Shown here piece by piece: positions 25,415 to 38,640 of a stretch of 64,000 nt of DNA; the stretch's first letter is position 1, and each line of letters starts with the position of its first letter. This DNA comes from Ruditapes philippinarum. Taxonomy: Eukaryota. Location of the stretch: positions 124,001 through 188,000 of the forward strand of contig NW_026867019.1 in the NCBI RefSeq assembly GCF_026571515.1, read 5' to 3'. The notes beneath the pieces were generated by a model that saw only the letters and a list, made by a program, of their open reading frames with translations, was not told the DNA's origin and did not search any database. Both the position numbers and the translations under genes were made by a program.

Positions 25415-27318
25415 ATGGATGACTGTAAAAACACTGTAATTGTCACGGGATTAGGACTTGATATCAAGAAAGAGGATGTTATCCAACATTTCAAACGTTT
25501 TGGAGAAATACAAGAATGTTTTAGTTTCCTTTCTCTAAATAATATTTCGATATATTTATCAAGGTTGACGTTCATTTAAGATCATTTCCTTTGTTTGTGT
25601 CTTATCTTGTATAGTACACGAATGTTTTACCTGTATTTGTGTCTTATCTTGAATAGTAAACGAACAAATCACTACATTCACCGCGACGGATATCATGTGA
25701 TATACATGTCTTTCTCCCGAACCTTTAATTTGAGTAACTTAAATTGTAAGACTTATACTTCACATTTATTTTAACAGCAGTTTATTTTCCTTTCCTTAGC
25801 ATACAGCATATAAAAAGCACATTTTATTTTCTTGTTTGATCCTCATCTCCACACATAACTGTATGGAAAGAGATAAATACTATCATTATTGTTATGTATA
25901 CGTTAAGTATTGTCAAATATGAAGATCTGAATGCACACTTGTATGTATATTTACACAGAAATGTAACCTGGTAACTACAGGATCGGAAGGGATAGTGACA
26001 TTTGCCGACTCTAAAACTGCGGAAGAAGCTGTAAAAGAACTTGACGGTATTTGTTTTTTGGCATAATAAAACAGCATTAAAATTGTTGAACTAATATATT
26101 ACTGTATGCAAATCTGTCTGGTCTTAAAAATTGTAACTATGTTTCAGTTATGATTGAAATAGGTCCGCAAGATTTCAAAAATGTTACCGTTACCAGTTAT
26201 TTTCAAACGAAATTTTTTTTTATAAAAGTAATTACGACCTCAAATGCACGTAAAAGCTTATCTTTATAAACATATAATGCTTCTTTAAAAATATCATTGC
26301 ATTATTGTACATAATTTCAGGAAAAGAAATAAACGGAAATGTGATCAGAGTTAAACTGATGGACAAGTGTTATAACATCGATAATATTTGCAATGAAGGT
26401 AAACCAAGTTTAATTGTTTCGAGTTAATATTTTCTTCAGACTAAACTATACTTGTAAAACCAATATTCGAGTCATCCTGCTAACAAAAAGCTATTTATAT
26501 CAAATAAATGTGTACATGATTATTGTAAACTTGTGCTAATTTTGATGAAAGCTTGAAATCATATACATAAATCAAATAAATCCAGAGTATATTACTTTAA
26601 TAAGAAACAACGTAACGAATGATAAACAACAAAAGCTTTTATCTATTTTTATTGATACCTTAGTTTAAGCATTTTGAATTAAACTGTGTAATACAATGGG
26701 TTTTCAGATTATGGTAACACAACAAACAACCAAAAAGATATACCTTGTGATGAACATCACAAGAAAAAGTTTGGTGGCGGTAAAGGTGGAAAAGGAGGGA
26801 CCGGAAGTTTGAACGTTCCCAGTGGACATGATGGTGAAGATGGCGAACCGGGTCCTGGGGGAAAAGGTGGTGCAGGTGGTAAACCGGCTATAACTAATCC
26901 AAACCTGGGTAAAAGAGCCTTTGAATCGAATGGTGAAAATATGAAAAACAAATATGAATGTATCGGTGGTGGAAAAGGCGGTAAAGGTGGAACCGGGGGT
27001 CGGAACGTTCCAAGTGGACATGACGGTGAGGACGGCGAACCTGGTCCTGGTGGCAAAGGTGGTGCGGGTGGCAGACCAGCAGTATTAAAAAACGACTATA
27101 GATGGAATGGTTACTGGAACAACAATCCGTGGTATACAAGATGGTTTGGTCTTGGAAGGCCGAATAAGAAAAACGCGCAAGAATATAATTATTCAGGTGG
27201 CGGAAAAGGTGGAAAAGGCGGAATCGGGGGTCTGAATGTTCCAAGTGGACATGACGGCGAGGACGGAGAGGCCGGTCCTGGTGGTAAAGGTGGTGCGGGT
27301 GGCAGACCAGCAGTGTGA
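25415..27318 (+). CDS. Family C copy C2: RRM + three Gly-rich modules, 291 aa if spliced (exons 25415-25513, 25959-26046, 26321-26398, 26708-27318); first donor reads GA instead of GT
   Basis: Exons 99+88+78+611 nt join in frame: MDDCKNTVIVTGLGLDIKKEDVIQHFKRFGEIQ-KCNLVTTGSEGIVTFADSKTAEEAVKELD-GKEINGNVIRVKLMDKC...-DYGNTTNN...GGRPAV*. Confidence 0.8.
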
Positions 27319-30300
27319 CATACAACTTCAAAACTTTGACTCCTTCGATGTTATGGTGTTTTTTCGTTCTCATATATTAGTTTTTAAGATAAAAGTATAA
27401 ACATCTCAAATAAAAGCAAATGTTTAGCAAAATAATATTTATTGCCGGAATAAGGTTGTTTTCCAATGACTTAATTTTATTGTATTGTTTCTATATCTCA
27501 ATTTAAATGTAAAACAATTACATAAATAATCGAAGATTTTAACTCTCTCATATCAAACAAGAACACAGTAAAACATTGATTAATAAAATTGTGTTTTTAC
27601 TTATTGAAACGAAATTCACAAAATGTGTATGAGATCTTGTAGTCTGATAGGAAACCCGTGTACAGAGTATATTGATATTTGGTAAATGCAAATATATTCT
27701 GTAATATTTTGTTATATTGCTGATATTTACTTTTTTATTTATAGTATATTGTGTATATTCAAACAGTATCTTGACAATGACTGCATATCGGGCGATACAG
27801 GTTTTGACTATCCTGTATTTTTGTTGATGTTACCCCTATCGTAGGCAAACGAAAGACAGATGGCGATGGTTATATTGAAGGACTAAACAAAATATAGAGA
27901 TTTTTGAATGGGTCGGATTCTTATCAACAGACATGTGATCTTTTCATTGTCAGAGGATTGAAATATTCTCCGAACTATTCTGATATAACATGTATTTGTA
28001 ACATTGCGTCAATTTAATGATTATCAACTGGGTATAACTGATGTAAACTAATTGTGTTGTTTCTGTATAGTTCAACTTTAAAATTATAGATTATGCGGTA
28101 TCTAAAAGGGTTGGCATAGTAATTAAGACTTTTCAGTTGTTAATACTAAAATATTTATGCAAGATATTAAGATATATAAAATTCCCTTGAGAGCATCAAT
28201 TATAACAATACTAAAATAGTGATAATTACAGAGTCGGTTTGATTAAAACTGTTTATCTTTAGAGATAATAACAGGTCCAACATTCATCACGTTCTCAAGC
28301 GTAATTCAACACAAAGAGTAATGTCTATCAGTGATCCCAAAATAACATCACTATGATGAAGCTTACTATTCTATAGCTTCACAGTTTTTTATACATACGT
28401 GTATAATCAATGTCCCATTTTTATAAATCATATAATGTTTTATTTTATTTAAAATCAATTATTTCATATCATCATCTTTACTTAAAAAATTGAAGCTCCT
28501 GATATTGTATCCAATATTCCAATTAAAGCAAAGTTAAACTCAAAATTAGTATTTAATTCATATGGTAGACATCAACTTGGTCAGTGTACATTTACAGAAA
28601 TTATTATTACTGGTGATTTAGTTAAATCAGAAAATTGTATAAATTATAAGGATAAGGATATAAGGAGTATCTCTGTATAGAAAATTAAATTAAAAAAAGA
28701 TGTCAAAGGAAGTGTCAGACACTTATGTTAATTGCTTTTGAAACAGAAATATCAAACAATATCTTACGGAATATGCTACCTTATTTATTGTACTAATTCT
28801 TGACGGTTCGCACCTGCATTTCTGCATTGCATTATTCTCTGTTTTATAGAACAGAAAAGACTTGCAAAAATGGAGGGAAGACAAAATATGAACGCTGAAA
28901 TTAATCTTGAGACTCTATTGAAATAAATGTATCTAATTGTTTTAAACAATAATTTCAACGATATAAAACTCGAAATATGACCGTTTTAAACAAGCACGTT
29001 TTCGGTTGCTATGTATCCTATAAAAGGAAGAATAGAATTAAAACTTTTGACAGTTGTAAATGATTGTTTTAAGAACCGTGCACCGACATATATGATATAT
29101 ATAATATGCTATTGGTGGGCTTGTACATATCTCGTAGAATCAATCTTGAGACCGGTATAGCGTGTCATCATACGTCATAACTATTAAGGGTCGCGGCCAA
29201 ATTTCCATATCAAAATACACGAAACACGAACAGACATAAAGATGATAGTTTAGTTGCTTTTGATTATAAGAGCAATATACTTTCGTTACACAGAAAAAAA
29301 GACGTCTAGAAACTTTAGTCAAAATACAGTTCCTAGTGTTGCCACTACCTTTACATTTGAACAAAGTCGTTTCAATTTCGTTTTCAGATTTCTATTGATA
29401 TATTATCGTAATAAAGACAAATACAGTATAAATAAAAAAACATGTCATCCCAGTATTACAACCAGAAAACCCTTATTATATTAAACCTTACATATGTCAT
29501 CTTAACAAAAAAAGAGACCACATCTCATGTTAAATTAAAAAATACTCTTTAGTTCCTTAGAAACGATCAAATTCTGTCTTGGATTAAATATATATTTTTT
29601 TTTCGTTCTAGGTTTTTAATACAATTATAATTCCACTAATGACACTTGTACTAAAAATAGGAAATATTACGTGTGTATAACAGATAATGGTGCAATTATA
29701 GAAACACATGTATTTATAATTATAGAAACATGTCAATGAATAAAGAAATACCTTATTCGTGATTCAGATTGAAAATAGATAATATGTTTTTGGTTTCTTA
29801 TCCTAAATATAAAAACAGTTAACTGAAACATTAGTCATCCTGAAAATTCCTGTTATGTCGAGTGATAATTGTGAATATTTATGTCAAAAGGGTAAAGATA
29901 TATGAATCTAAATGGCTAAATGATGATAATAAACTAGTATGTGTCCGTTATACGATATACCTATAGATAATAAAATACTTTTGGCAAAAGCTGTCACAGT
30001 AATCCAGTTATTATGTACTTACGCACCTGTCGGGTCCTTTAATAAACACATTAGCATAACTTAATAAATAATTCCTACATTTTTACAATTGTGAAAGAAA
30101 TAGTTGTTGCATTAAAATATTATCCTATAAGAATTAAAGCGCTTTAGCATTTTGTATGGAAGACGAGAACAAAGATTAACAAGACCAAGGCAACGTTCAT
30201 AGGGCGGAGGAAGTCAAAATAGTACTTTTGTTTCATTTTGCTACTTTTATGACAAATAATTTCCACTTCAACACTACTTTCTTCAGGTAATAAGTATTAA

Positions 30301-32022
30301 ACTGTTTCAAAAAAATATTTTAACGATAAAAAAACTCCTAATTGCCTTTTCTAAAGAATGAAAATAATGTTGTTTCTCAGGTATAATATGCCTTTAATAT
30401 GTATTCCAAGCTTTTCAATATGTTTTAACCATATTTTCACGCGATAAATTTGAACAATGAAAGAATAAAGTATACAAGAAAGATGTTATGTATTCATATT
30501 TACGACGTATGAACGTTATTTCTCTGAATATTGGACTACATTTAAACTTTGTAATATAAAAGGTCAATTATCGGCACTTCTCACTTCAATGATTTGTTCT
30601 CTACTTGTTTTGTAGAGCCATTGCTTAATGCAACGCTATAATTTATTATTCTTAACACTTCGTTCTCTCGTTTATAACAAGGTAAATTATCCCTTGATAA
30701 AAACTTGGGATTAGTTATGGTTTAAGTCAAGAGGAGTTTCATTGTACCGTTAGTTCCGTAGACGTTATAGCTATTGACACCGCTGTGGGTTCTAATAACA
30801 TATACTATTAGGTTTATGCCGCCTATCAGTATCTACCTTTAATTTATGTGAAGACGTCCTAAAACGTGACAAAGATTTCCTAAACTTTTACTATTTGATT
30901 ATTGACAAATATAATTATGGCCAGTCAAAATTACAAAATAATACAATTCAAACGTTTTTTTTCTTAACTTCTTGAATATCTTAGTTTTGTATTCTTATTT
31001 TATATAAATATATCTGTTTATATTTGTTTACTACTGTTTAAATATATCTTCATCTCCAACACCCTGATTAATTTATACTTTATTGGAACCTTAAGTCAAA
31101 GACAAACACATATTTAACTCTTATAAAGGATATTACTGTTTAGTTAAGCTCTCAATAAACCATTTCTATAAAAGATTTGAACATGTACATATCTACAAAA
31201 CACAAGACACGACGACATACAATGCATTATGGCGACCTAGAATTTGGCAAAACGATTTTATACAGTCAAATTTGATTACTATCCACACCCGACAGTTTAC
31301 CGTATACTAAGAATAGAATTGTCATGTCTTATTGTTTCTGTATCGTGTACAATTATACACGTGTAGTTTGATATTACTGCCCCGTAATATTTCTGTATTT
31401 AATATATTCCGGGGAAATTAAATTTAATGTTGTAAGCAATTGATGTCCAAACCATTTGCTTTTGCTATATATTTATCGTTTATGATATTATTATACATAT
31501 TTAAGGTGCCATAAAATAAGTTTAAACTAAACTACTAGTAAAAGTATTATAAATCTATGATGTATATGATAATATATGAGAAAAATAACAGCACAAATGC
31601 TTAGATGCTTTTATTATCCGAACGACTGGCCGTGTGCGATAATTGGGATCAATAAGCACTGTGAATTACATTTATGAATTGTCGATGTTGATGAAAAGAA
31701 TGGTCAGGGACAATGACACACAACAAAGTTATCAAAAAGGAATGAATTTATTACCATAACATATACTTAATTTACATTATTAAATAATTACATAAATTCA
31801 CAATTTCCTATCAAAGTTTAAAAACGTTTTATATACGCATATGATTGGTTTATAAATCAGATACCAAGTAACACAGTGCACATTTTTGATCGATATTTTT
31901 ACAAATTTGTCTGTTTCAATGTTGTGAATATGATACCTGAGACAAACAAGAAGATAAGATAATCGATATTGTTATATGATAATGAAGTGATTGATAATAA
32001 AAGAAGCTAATAAAGTGTTTGT

Positions 32023-32217
32023 TCAACTCCATGGAAACACGCCTGAAGGGTAGAGGTATTTTCTGCCTTCACTTCCCCATAACTTGCCGCCATTTCCACC
32101 GTTTCCGCCTGGAGCCTGACTCCCAGCCCCACTTCCTCCTCCACCACCTCCGGCACCAGGGGCTTGTCCTCCTTGACCACCAGCTCCGCCTGAATTGTTT
32201 GATCCAGAATTCCCCAT
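32023..32217 (-). CDS. Glycine-rich microprotein family A, copy A4 (64 aa, MGNSGS...)
   Basis: Intact ORF, acceptor at 32224-32225; the upstream non-coding exon seen in units 1 and 2 appears deleted near 32560. Confidence 0.75.
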   Translation of the reverse strand: MGNSGSNNSGGAGGQGGQAPGAGGGGGGSGAGSQAPGGNGGNGGKLWGSEGRKYLYPSGVFPWS

Positions 32218-33435
32218 TTTATTCTGATAATTAGAATGAAACAAATCCTCAATGATATTGATGAAATATATATATTACGGATAATCTACAACATATGCTT
32301 TAGATATTATTAATCTGAATTTGTTATGTTTAAAACTGAGTTAACAACATTTAACAACCAATACTGAGTAGGTCCGAATAGCTGACAAGTAAACTCGCAA
32401 AACAATCTTGTACATTAAAATTTGAGTCTATTGTTCCGAGTTTATTTGTAAACAATTTGTTTCTAACGAAAATCAACAATTTGTTTTACTTCAATGAACA
32501 GCGATATTTTGATACTTCTTTTAATGCCTATGTGTCAGGATTGTTTGAATTCATGGCTAAGTACATAAAAATTAGTAAATAGTGATAATATTATGATCAT
32601 TACAATAATTGTTGATACTATATGGAAAGAAAACAGAAAAATGTAGAGAAAAAAACAGATATATAATTATATCTTATATAAAGAATTCATAAACACTTAC
32701 ATTTATTGTACAATTTAAACGCATTCACTGAATAATGTGTTACTTCTATACTGCGTACTATGAATTCTGTTTTTATACGGGAACACATGAATAATTGGAA
32801 AACCAATGAGCTAAAATTGGGATACCGGTATGTTATGTCTCATACTTTGAAAAATCCAACTACAAATTTCAGAAAAGATCAAGTACATTAATTTTGAATC
32901 TTTGAAAAGTTACCGATAACTGTTGCCTATTAATAGATTGGATGACTAAATTAAAAGATCATGTCATTTCGTAATTCGGAACAGTTTTAAGGGCACGAAC
33001 ATTCTTCTCGATATCTTTAATGAAGATAGTAAAGTATGTACGACACATTCTTATTTGTCTTGTTTCACTGAATAACTCGTATTTTCAATTTACGTAAGTT
33101 CATTTATTTATTTTTTTCAGATCGATCTAATATTTTTTTTGTCTTATTTCGTAATATTATAGCATCAATCACTTTTTTTAAGTGTAACGTTGATGTATAT
33201 ATGCTGCCAATTATGCTGCCAATATATATTATAGTTAAACATAGTTTGAAAAAGAAGCGATTGAAAAGATACAGTTTTTTTCCATTATAAAATGTAAATA
33301 TAATTGCCATAGCTTTATATACCGAGAAAATTTGAAGTACTATCACACCTAATAGAGAGAGAGAAATAAGTTAACTTTAAAAAGTATAATAACAAAGTAT
33401 AAAATTTTCTTATTTTACAGTTTCTAGTGATAAAC

Positions 33436-33705
33436 ATGGGAAATAGCAACGGCACAAATTATGGTGGTTACGGCGGGGGAGGAGGTTGGAAAGGTTGGGC
33501 AGGTTGGGGTGGTGGAGGTGGTGGTGGACCTGGCGGAGGGAGAGGAGGAGACGGGGGACGTCCAGGACAGGACGGTCAGGATGGTCAAGATGGTGTTAAT
33601 GGCGGTGGAGGAGGAGGTGGTGGAGGCGGGGCAGGAGGAGGCAGAGGGGGGAGAGGGGGTCATGGAAGTGGAAATGGGAGAGATGGACACAACGGACAAG
33701 ATTGA
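33436..33705 (+). CDS. Glycine-rich protein family B, copy B2 (89 aa)
   Basis: Paralog of B1; a GGA>TGA change at 33703 removes the terminal GSYY; three Trp codons in the N-terminal Gly segment. Confidence 0.75.
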   Translation: MGNSNGTNYGGYGGGGGWKGWAGWGGGGGGGPGGGRGGDGGRPGQDGQDGQDGVNGGGGGGGGGGAGGGRGGRGGHGSGNGRDGHNGQD

Positions 33706-35468
33706 AGTTATTATTAGACGATAAACTGATGTTCATTTATTCATTCATGTTTATATATTTATTTAGATATATATTTCTAATTGGAAAAAGTTTTATTTGT
33801 TTTACGTTTTTGAAGATGAATTATTAAAATTAGATTATTTTATTCAATTGTGATTTTAAGACTATTAATCTAACGATTTTTCCCTGGAAGATTTTCTATC
33901 TTAATGTGTATGTATTAACTAATTGCTTAAATGTTCAATTAAGTAATTAGTAAATAGAGCCAAGATATTAATTATTAAGTTAAATATCAATATATTAATA
34001 TTTATACTCGCGATATTATTGTTCGATACTCGTGTCATAGCCAACAAGTGTGCTCACTTTCATTTAATAGATAATATCTGCATTGGCTATTGATTATCAA
34101 ATGCACGACTCATATTATATATTGAAGTATGCATCTTTTGAATCATTTTAGTGTTATAATTAATTGATTTTTACACGCATTTATAATTTGAATGTTTATA
34201 CGATGTTAAATTAATTAATGTATTTGTCTAAACAAACTATGTCAATAAGTCTTAGAAAATAAAAAGGGTAAAACCTCACAACAATTTTTTCTTCTTCTTT
34301 TTTCTTTATGTGAATATGGTCCAGCGCATGGCCATATTTGTCGAAACATTTCATTGATTTGTTATTCAAAAACAAAATAACACCTGAAGAAAAATAAGAA
34401 CATCGTTACTTCTAATACAATGGTTATAAATAAACATATTCTACTGAACACAGAATTGGATCACAGTTAGATCTAATACATTTGATAATCATAATGTATT
34501 GACACCTATTAGAGTCGCAGCATCTTACTTCGTTTTGAATATGAGTCATTGTATAACATTGGATATAATAAATCAAAAGTGTCAGAATTATAAAATGAAT
34601 TTTTAGCATCATTTATGTAGGAGAGAGGGGGAATCATGGTTAATTATACACACTTTACCCCCCCCCCCCCCTAAAAAGAAATAGAGAACGAAGAAAGAAA
34701 AATAAAAAAGAAGAAAAAAGATGACAGAGGTGACTAATACAATAGTATCTCTTATATGATTCGTATTTGCTAGATTAAGATTACAAAATATGATAAAACA
34801 ATGTAAACATAATACATAATTACTTTATTAGTGACATTGTTGGATTGTAATTCAATTATGTGTTTACTGATAGTAAACATTTATCCGTCATGTAGCATAA
34901 CAGTCATGTTTTTCATTTGATTTTTTTTTCAAGAGTTTTAACCTGTATAAAAATACCAAATAGATATTCTGGCATAAATAACCACACATATAGTATTTTA
35001 TGATCTGTTAAACAGATCCGGTCACAGGAAAATTAAGAAAAAATTAGGAAGTCAGTCATATCTTTTCATGAATGAGTAAATATCAAGTACTGAATGGTGG
35101 GGGCATTGAAGTACCAAAGAGATTACTGTAATTCGATACAAGGAAGCGTGAGATGACGCACGTTAAATCATCTCACGTAAACTCATTAAACATTAGTCTA
35201 GCTATTTTATTCATTATTTTAGGTTGATATTTGCTTAACGAGGAAAGTAAAACCAAGTTTATACACGACTAGGAAACAGTTTTTAAATAGTCATACTTAA
35301 ATTTTATGTGAAGGGCAGAGTAAATACAAGAAAAGAATATGCCCGAAATAACGACCAAATCTTACTTCACTTAGTATATTATAGAACAAATACATCGTTC
35401 TTCCATCAGATTTGAAACAATTAAGAGTTATATTAATAGCTGTGTAGGTATATACAAACACGCTTTAT

Positions 35469-35785
35469 ACCATTTTTTTTTCCATTTTGTTTAGCTCCGC
35501 CCATTGTTTTCTCGTTTCGGATACACGCTTTATTTTACTTAGGGACCAAACGCCGCTTTTCGATGAATGGCATGGAAGTGTCACACTGATAACCGTCGTA
35601 TGTTTCTAAATTCAAGATTTTGCAATTTCATGTTTAAATATTAATTTTAGTTAAGTCGGTGCTAGAGCGCGTGGGCGGTAGTTTGCTCTTGACAGTACCG
35701 TCCATGAACAGGCTCAATCAAACAGAGCCTGCAACATTTTCAATTTTGCAATTTTGTATTTCTTTAGGGATTCTTATTGTCTCTA
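35469..35785 (-). mobile_element. Insertion of dispersed repeat family X, specific to unit 3
   Basis: Reverse complement of tagaga.aataagaatccctaaagaaa...gttgcaggctc.gtttgattgagcctgttcatggacggtactgtcaag; absent from the unit 1 site at ~16215. Confidence 0.7.
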
Positions 35786-36319
35786 TATTATAATAATATG
35801 GAGTGATTAACATAAACTTGATTTACAAAGGCAGTGCGTGTTTTGTCAATTTATGATAATTCAGTATTACTATGAAATCATATTCTATTTTTAAACATCC
35901 AGAAAACTAAAATTCGTGTCAGCTGATAGTCAAGCTTCAGACAGAAGTTGAGTCAACTCATTAAGTCTATAATTAAAAACAAATCAGTTACTGAAACATA
36001 GTAAATATTTACTTTTGCTTTCGTTTTTGTTTTTCAAATTGTTTTTTATAAATACACTTAACTCACTATTTACATGATTTACGCACAAAATTTACAGTTT
36101 GGGTTTCCAACGATACAATGCTAAGATTTAGTCACGTGAATTATACCAACTGAAATGAAAGGAATTAAGAAGAAGTAACTAAAGATACAATTTTGTCTTC
36201 ATATAAATACTTTATTTTTGTAATAACATACATGTATACATTATCTATTTAAAGAGACTCTGGTTTGATATCAATGTTGAGGTATATCATTTTATCAGTT
36301 TATAAAACTAACAGGACAT

Positions 36320-36395
36320 CACGTAAAACATTTAATTTGTCTTACACATATGTACATGTATGTTATCACGTCAATTTTTACATATTTGCACGTCA
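36320..36395. promoter_or_regulatory. Cluster of three CACGT motifs upstream of C3
   Basis: Same three motifs and spacing as 16722-16797; donor GTAAGT at 36419. Confidence 0.45.
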
Positions 36396-36539
36396 CAATT
36401 GTTGTGGGAAATAGTACTGTAAGTATTGTTTTTCATACAGTCAAATTTTATTGATACAATTTCAAGGTTATATTCATCTTTATGACGTAGGTTATATGCT
36501 TCTGTATATATTTCAATGTTGCAGGTAATAAACAAAAAC

Positions 36540-38640
36540 ATGAATGACTGTAAAAACACTGTAGTTCTCACGGGATTAGGAAGTGATATCAAGAAAGAGG
36601 ATTTTATCCAACATTTCAAACGTTTTGGAGAAATACTAGTATGATTTTAGCTTCCTTTCTCTAAATAATATCTCGATATATTAATCAAGACTGGTGTTCA
36701 TTTAAGTTTATTACCTGTGTCTTATCTTGTTTAAATAACGAACATATCACTACATTCGCCGCGACAGATTTCATATGATACACATGTCTTTCATTTGGGT
36801 AACTTAAATTGTAAGACATATACTTAACATTTATTTTAACAGCAGTTTATTTTCCTTTCCTTAGCATACTAAAACATATTTTCTTGTTTGATCCTCATCT
36901 CCACACATATCGTATGGACTGAGATAAATACTTTCATTATTGTTTTATGTATACGTTAAGTATTGTTAAATATGAAGATATAAATGCATACTGGTATGTA
37001 TATTAACACAGAAATGTAACCTGGTAACTACAGGATCGGAAGGGAGAGTGACATATGCCGACTCTAAAACTGCGGAAAAGGCTATTAAAGAACTTGATGG
37101 TAATTATTTTATAGCATAATAAAACAGCATTAAAATTTTTGCATTAATATATTACTGTATGCGAATCAGCCTAGCCTTAAATATGGTTACTATATTTCAG
37201 ATATGATTAAAAATAAGTCCGCAATATTTAAAACTGTTACCGATGTGTGCACTACTTATTTACAAACGAAAACCAAGATAATTAAAAATCATATAAAAGT
37301 AATAACGACCCTTAATAGACTTAAAAAACCTTATCTTAATAAACAATATAATTTTATGTCAATTCGAATGCTTCTTATTCTTAATATTTTTGCATTATTG
37401 TACATGGTTTCAGGAAAAGAAATAAACGGAAATGTGATCAAAGTTAAAGTGATGGACAAGTGTCATAACAACGATAATATTCACGATGCAGGTAAAAAAA
37501 GTTAAATGGTTTCGACTAATATTCCGAATATTTGAGTCATCCTCTGATTATATGAAATCATTGCTATCAATAAGCTATTTATATATAAATGTTTACGTAA
37601 TTATTATAAAATTATGCCAATTGTGATGAAAGCCATGAAATCATATACATACATCAAATAAATCTAGAGTTTATTACTTTAATAAGAAACAACGTAACGA
37701 ATAATAAACAACACAAGCTTTTATCTATTTTAATTGATAGCTTAGTTGAATTAAATTAAAGTTGAATTAAACTGTGTAATACAATAGGGTTTCAGATTAT
37801 GGTAACAACACAACAAACAACCAAAATGATTGACATTGTGATGAACACCACAAAAAAAACTTTGGTGGCGGTAAAGGTGGAAAAGGAGGCATCGGAAGTT
37901 CGAACGTTCCAAGTGGAAATGATGGTGAAGATGGCGAACCGGGTCCTGGGGGAAAAGGTGGTGCAGGTTGTTAACCGGCTATAACTAATCCAAAACTTGG
38001 TAAAAGGGCCTTTGAATCATATGATGGATTGGCTAATAATATGAAGAACAAATATGAATGTTCCGGTGGTGGAAAGGGTGGTAAAGGTGGAATCGGGGGT
38101 CCGAACGTTCCGTGTGGACATGACGGTGAGGACGACGAGCCTCGTCCTGGTGGTAAAATTGGTGACGGTGGTAGACCAGCGGTATCAAAAAATGACTATA
38201 CATGGAATGGTAACAGGAACAACGATCCATGGTTTACAAGATGGTTTGGTATTGGAGGGCCTAAAACGACAAATGAGGAAGAACATAATTCATCAGGAGA
38301 CGGAAGAGGTGGAAAAGGCGGAGTAGGTTACAATAATGTTCCAAGTAGACATGACAGTGAGGACTGCGAACCTGGTCCTGGTGGTAAAGGTGGTGCAGGT
38401 GGCACACCAGCAGTGTCGAAAAATGCCTATACACGGAATGGTAACTGGAACAACGATCCATGGTATACAAGATGGTTAGGTATTAGAGGGCCTAAAAAGA
38501 CAAACGAGCAAGAACATAATTCTTCAGGCGGTGGAAAAGGCGGAGTAGGTTACAATAATGTTCCAAGTGGACATAAGGGTGAAGACGGAGAGGCCGGTCC
38601 TGGTGGCAAAGGTGGTAGGGGTGGTAGACCTGCAATGTGA
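36540..38640 (+). CDS. Family C copy C3: intact RRM exons (36540-36638, 37012-37099, 37414-37491), last exon 37796-38640 with stops at 37831 and 37972; four Gly-rich modules
   Basis: All splice sites canonical; the spliced product ends after 100 aa; the downstream frame is open from ATG 38041 to 38640. Confidence 0.75.
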
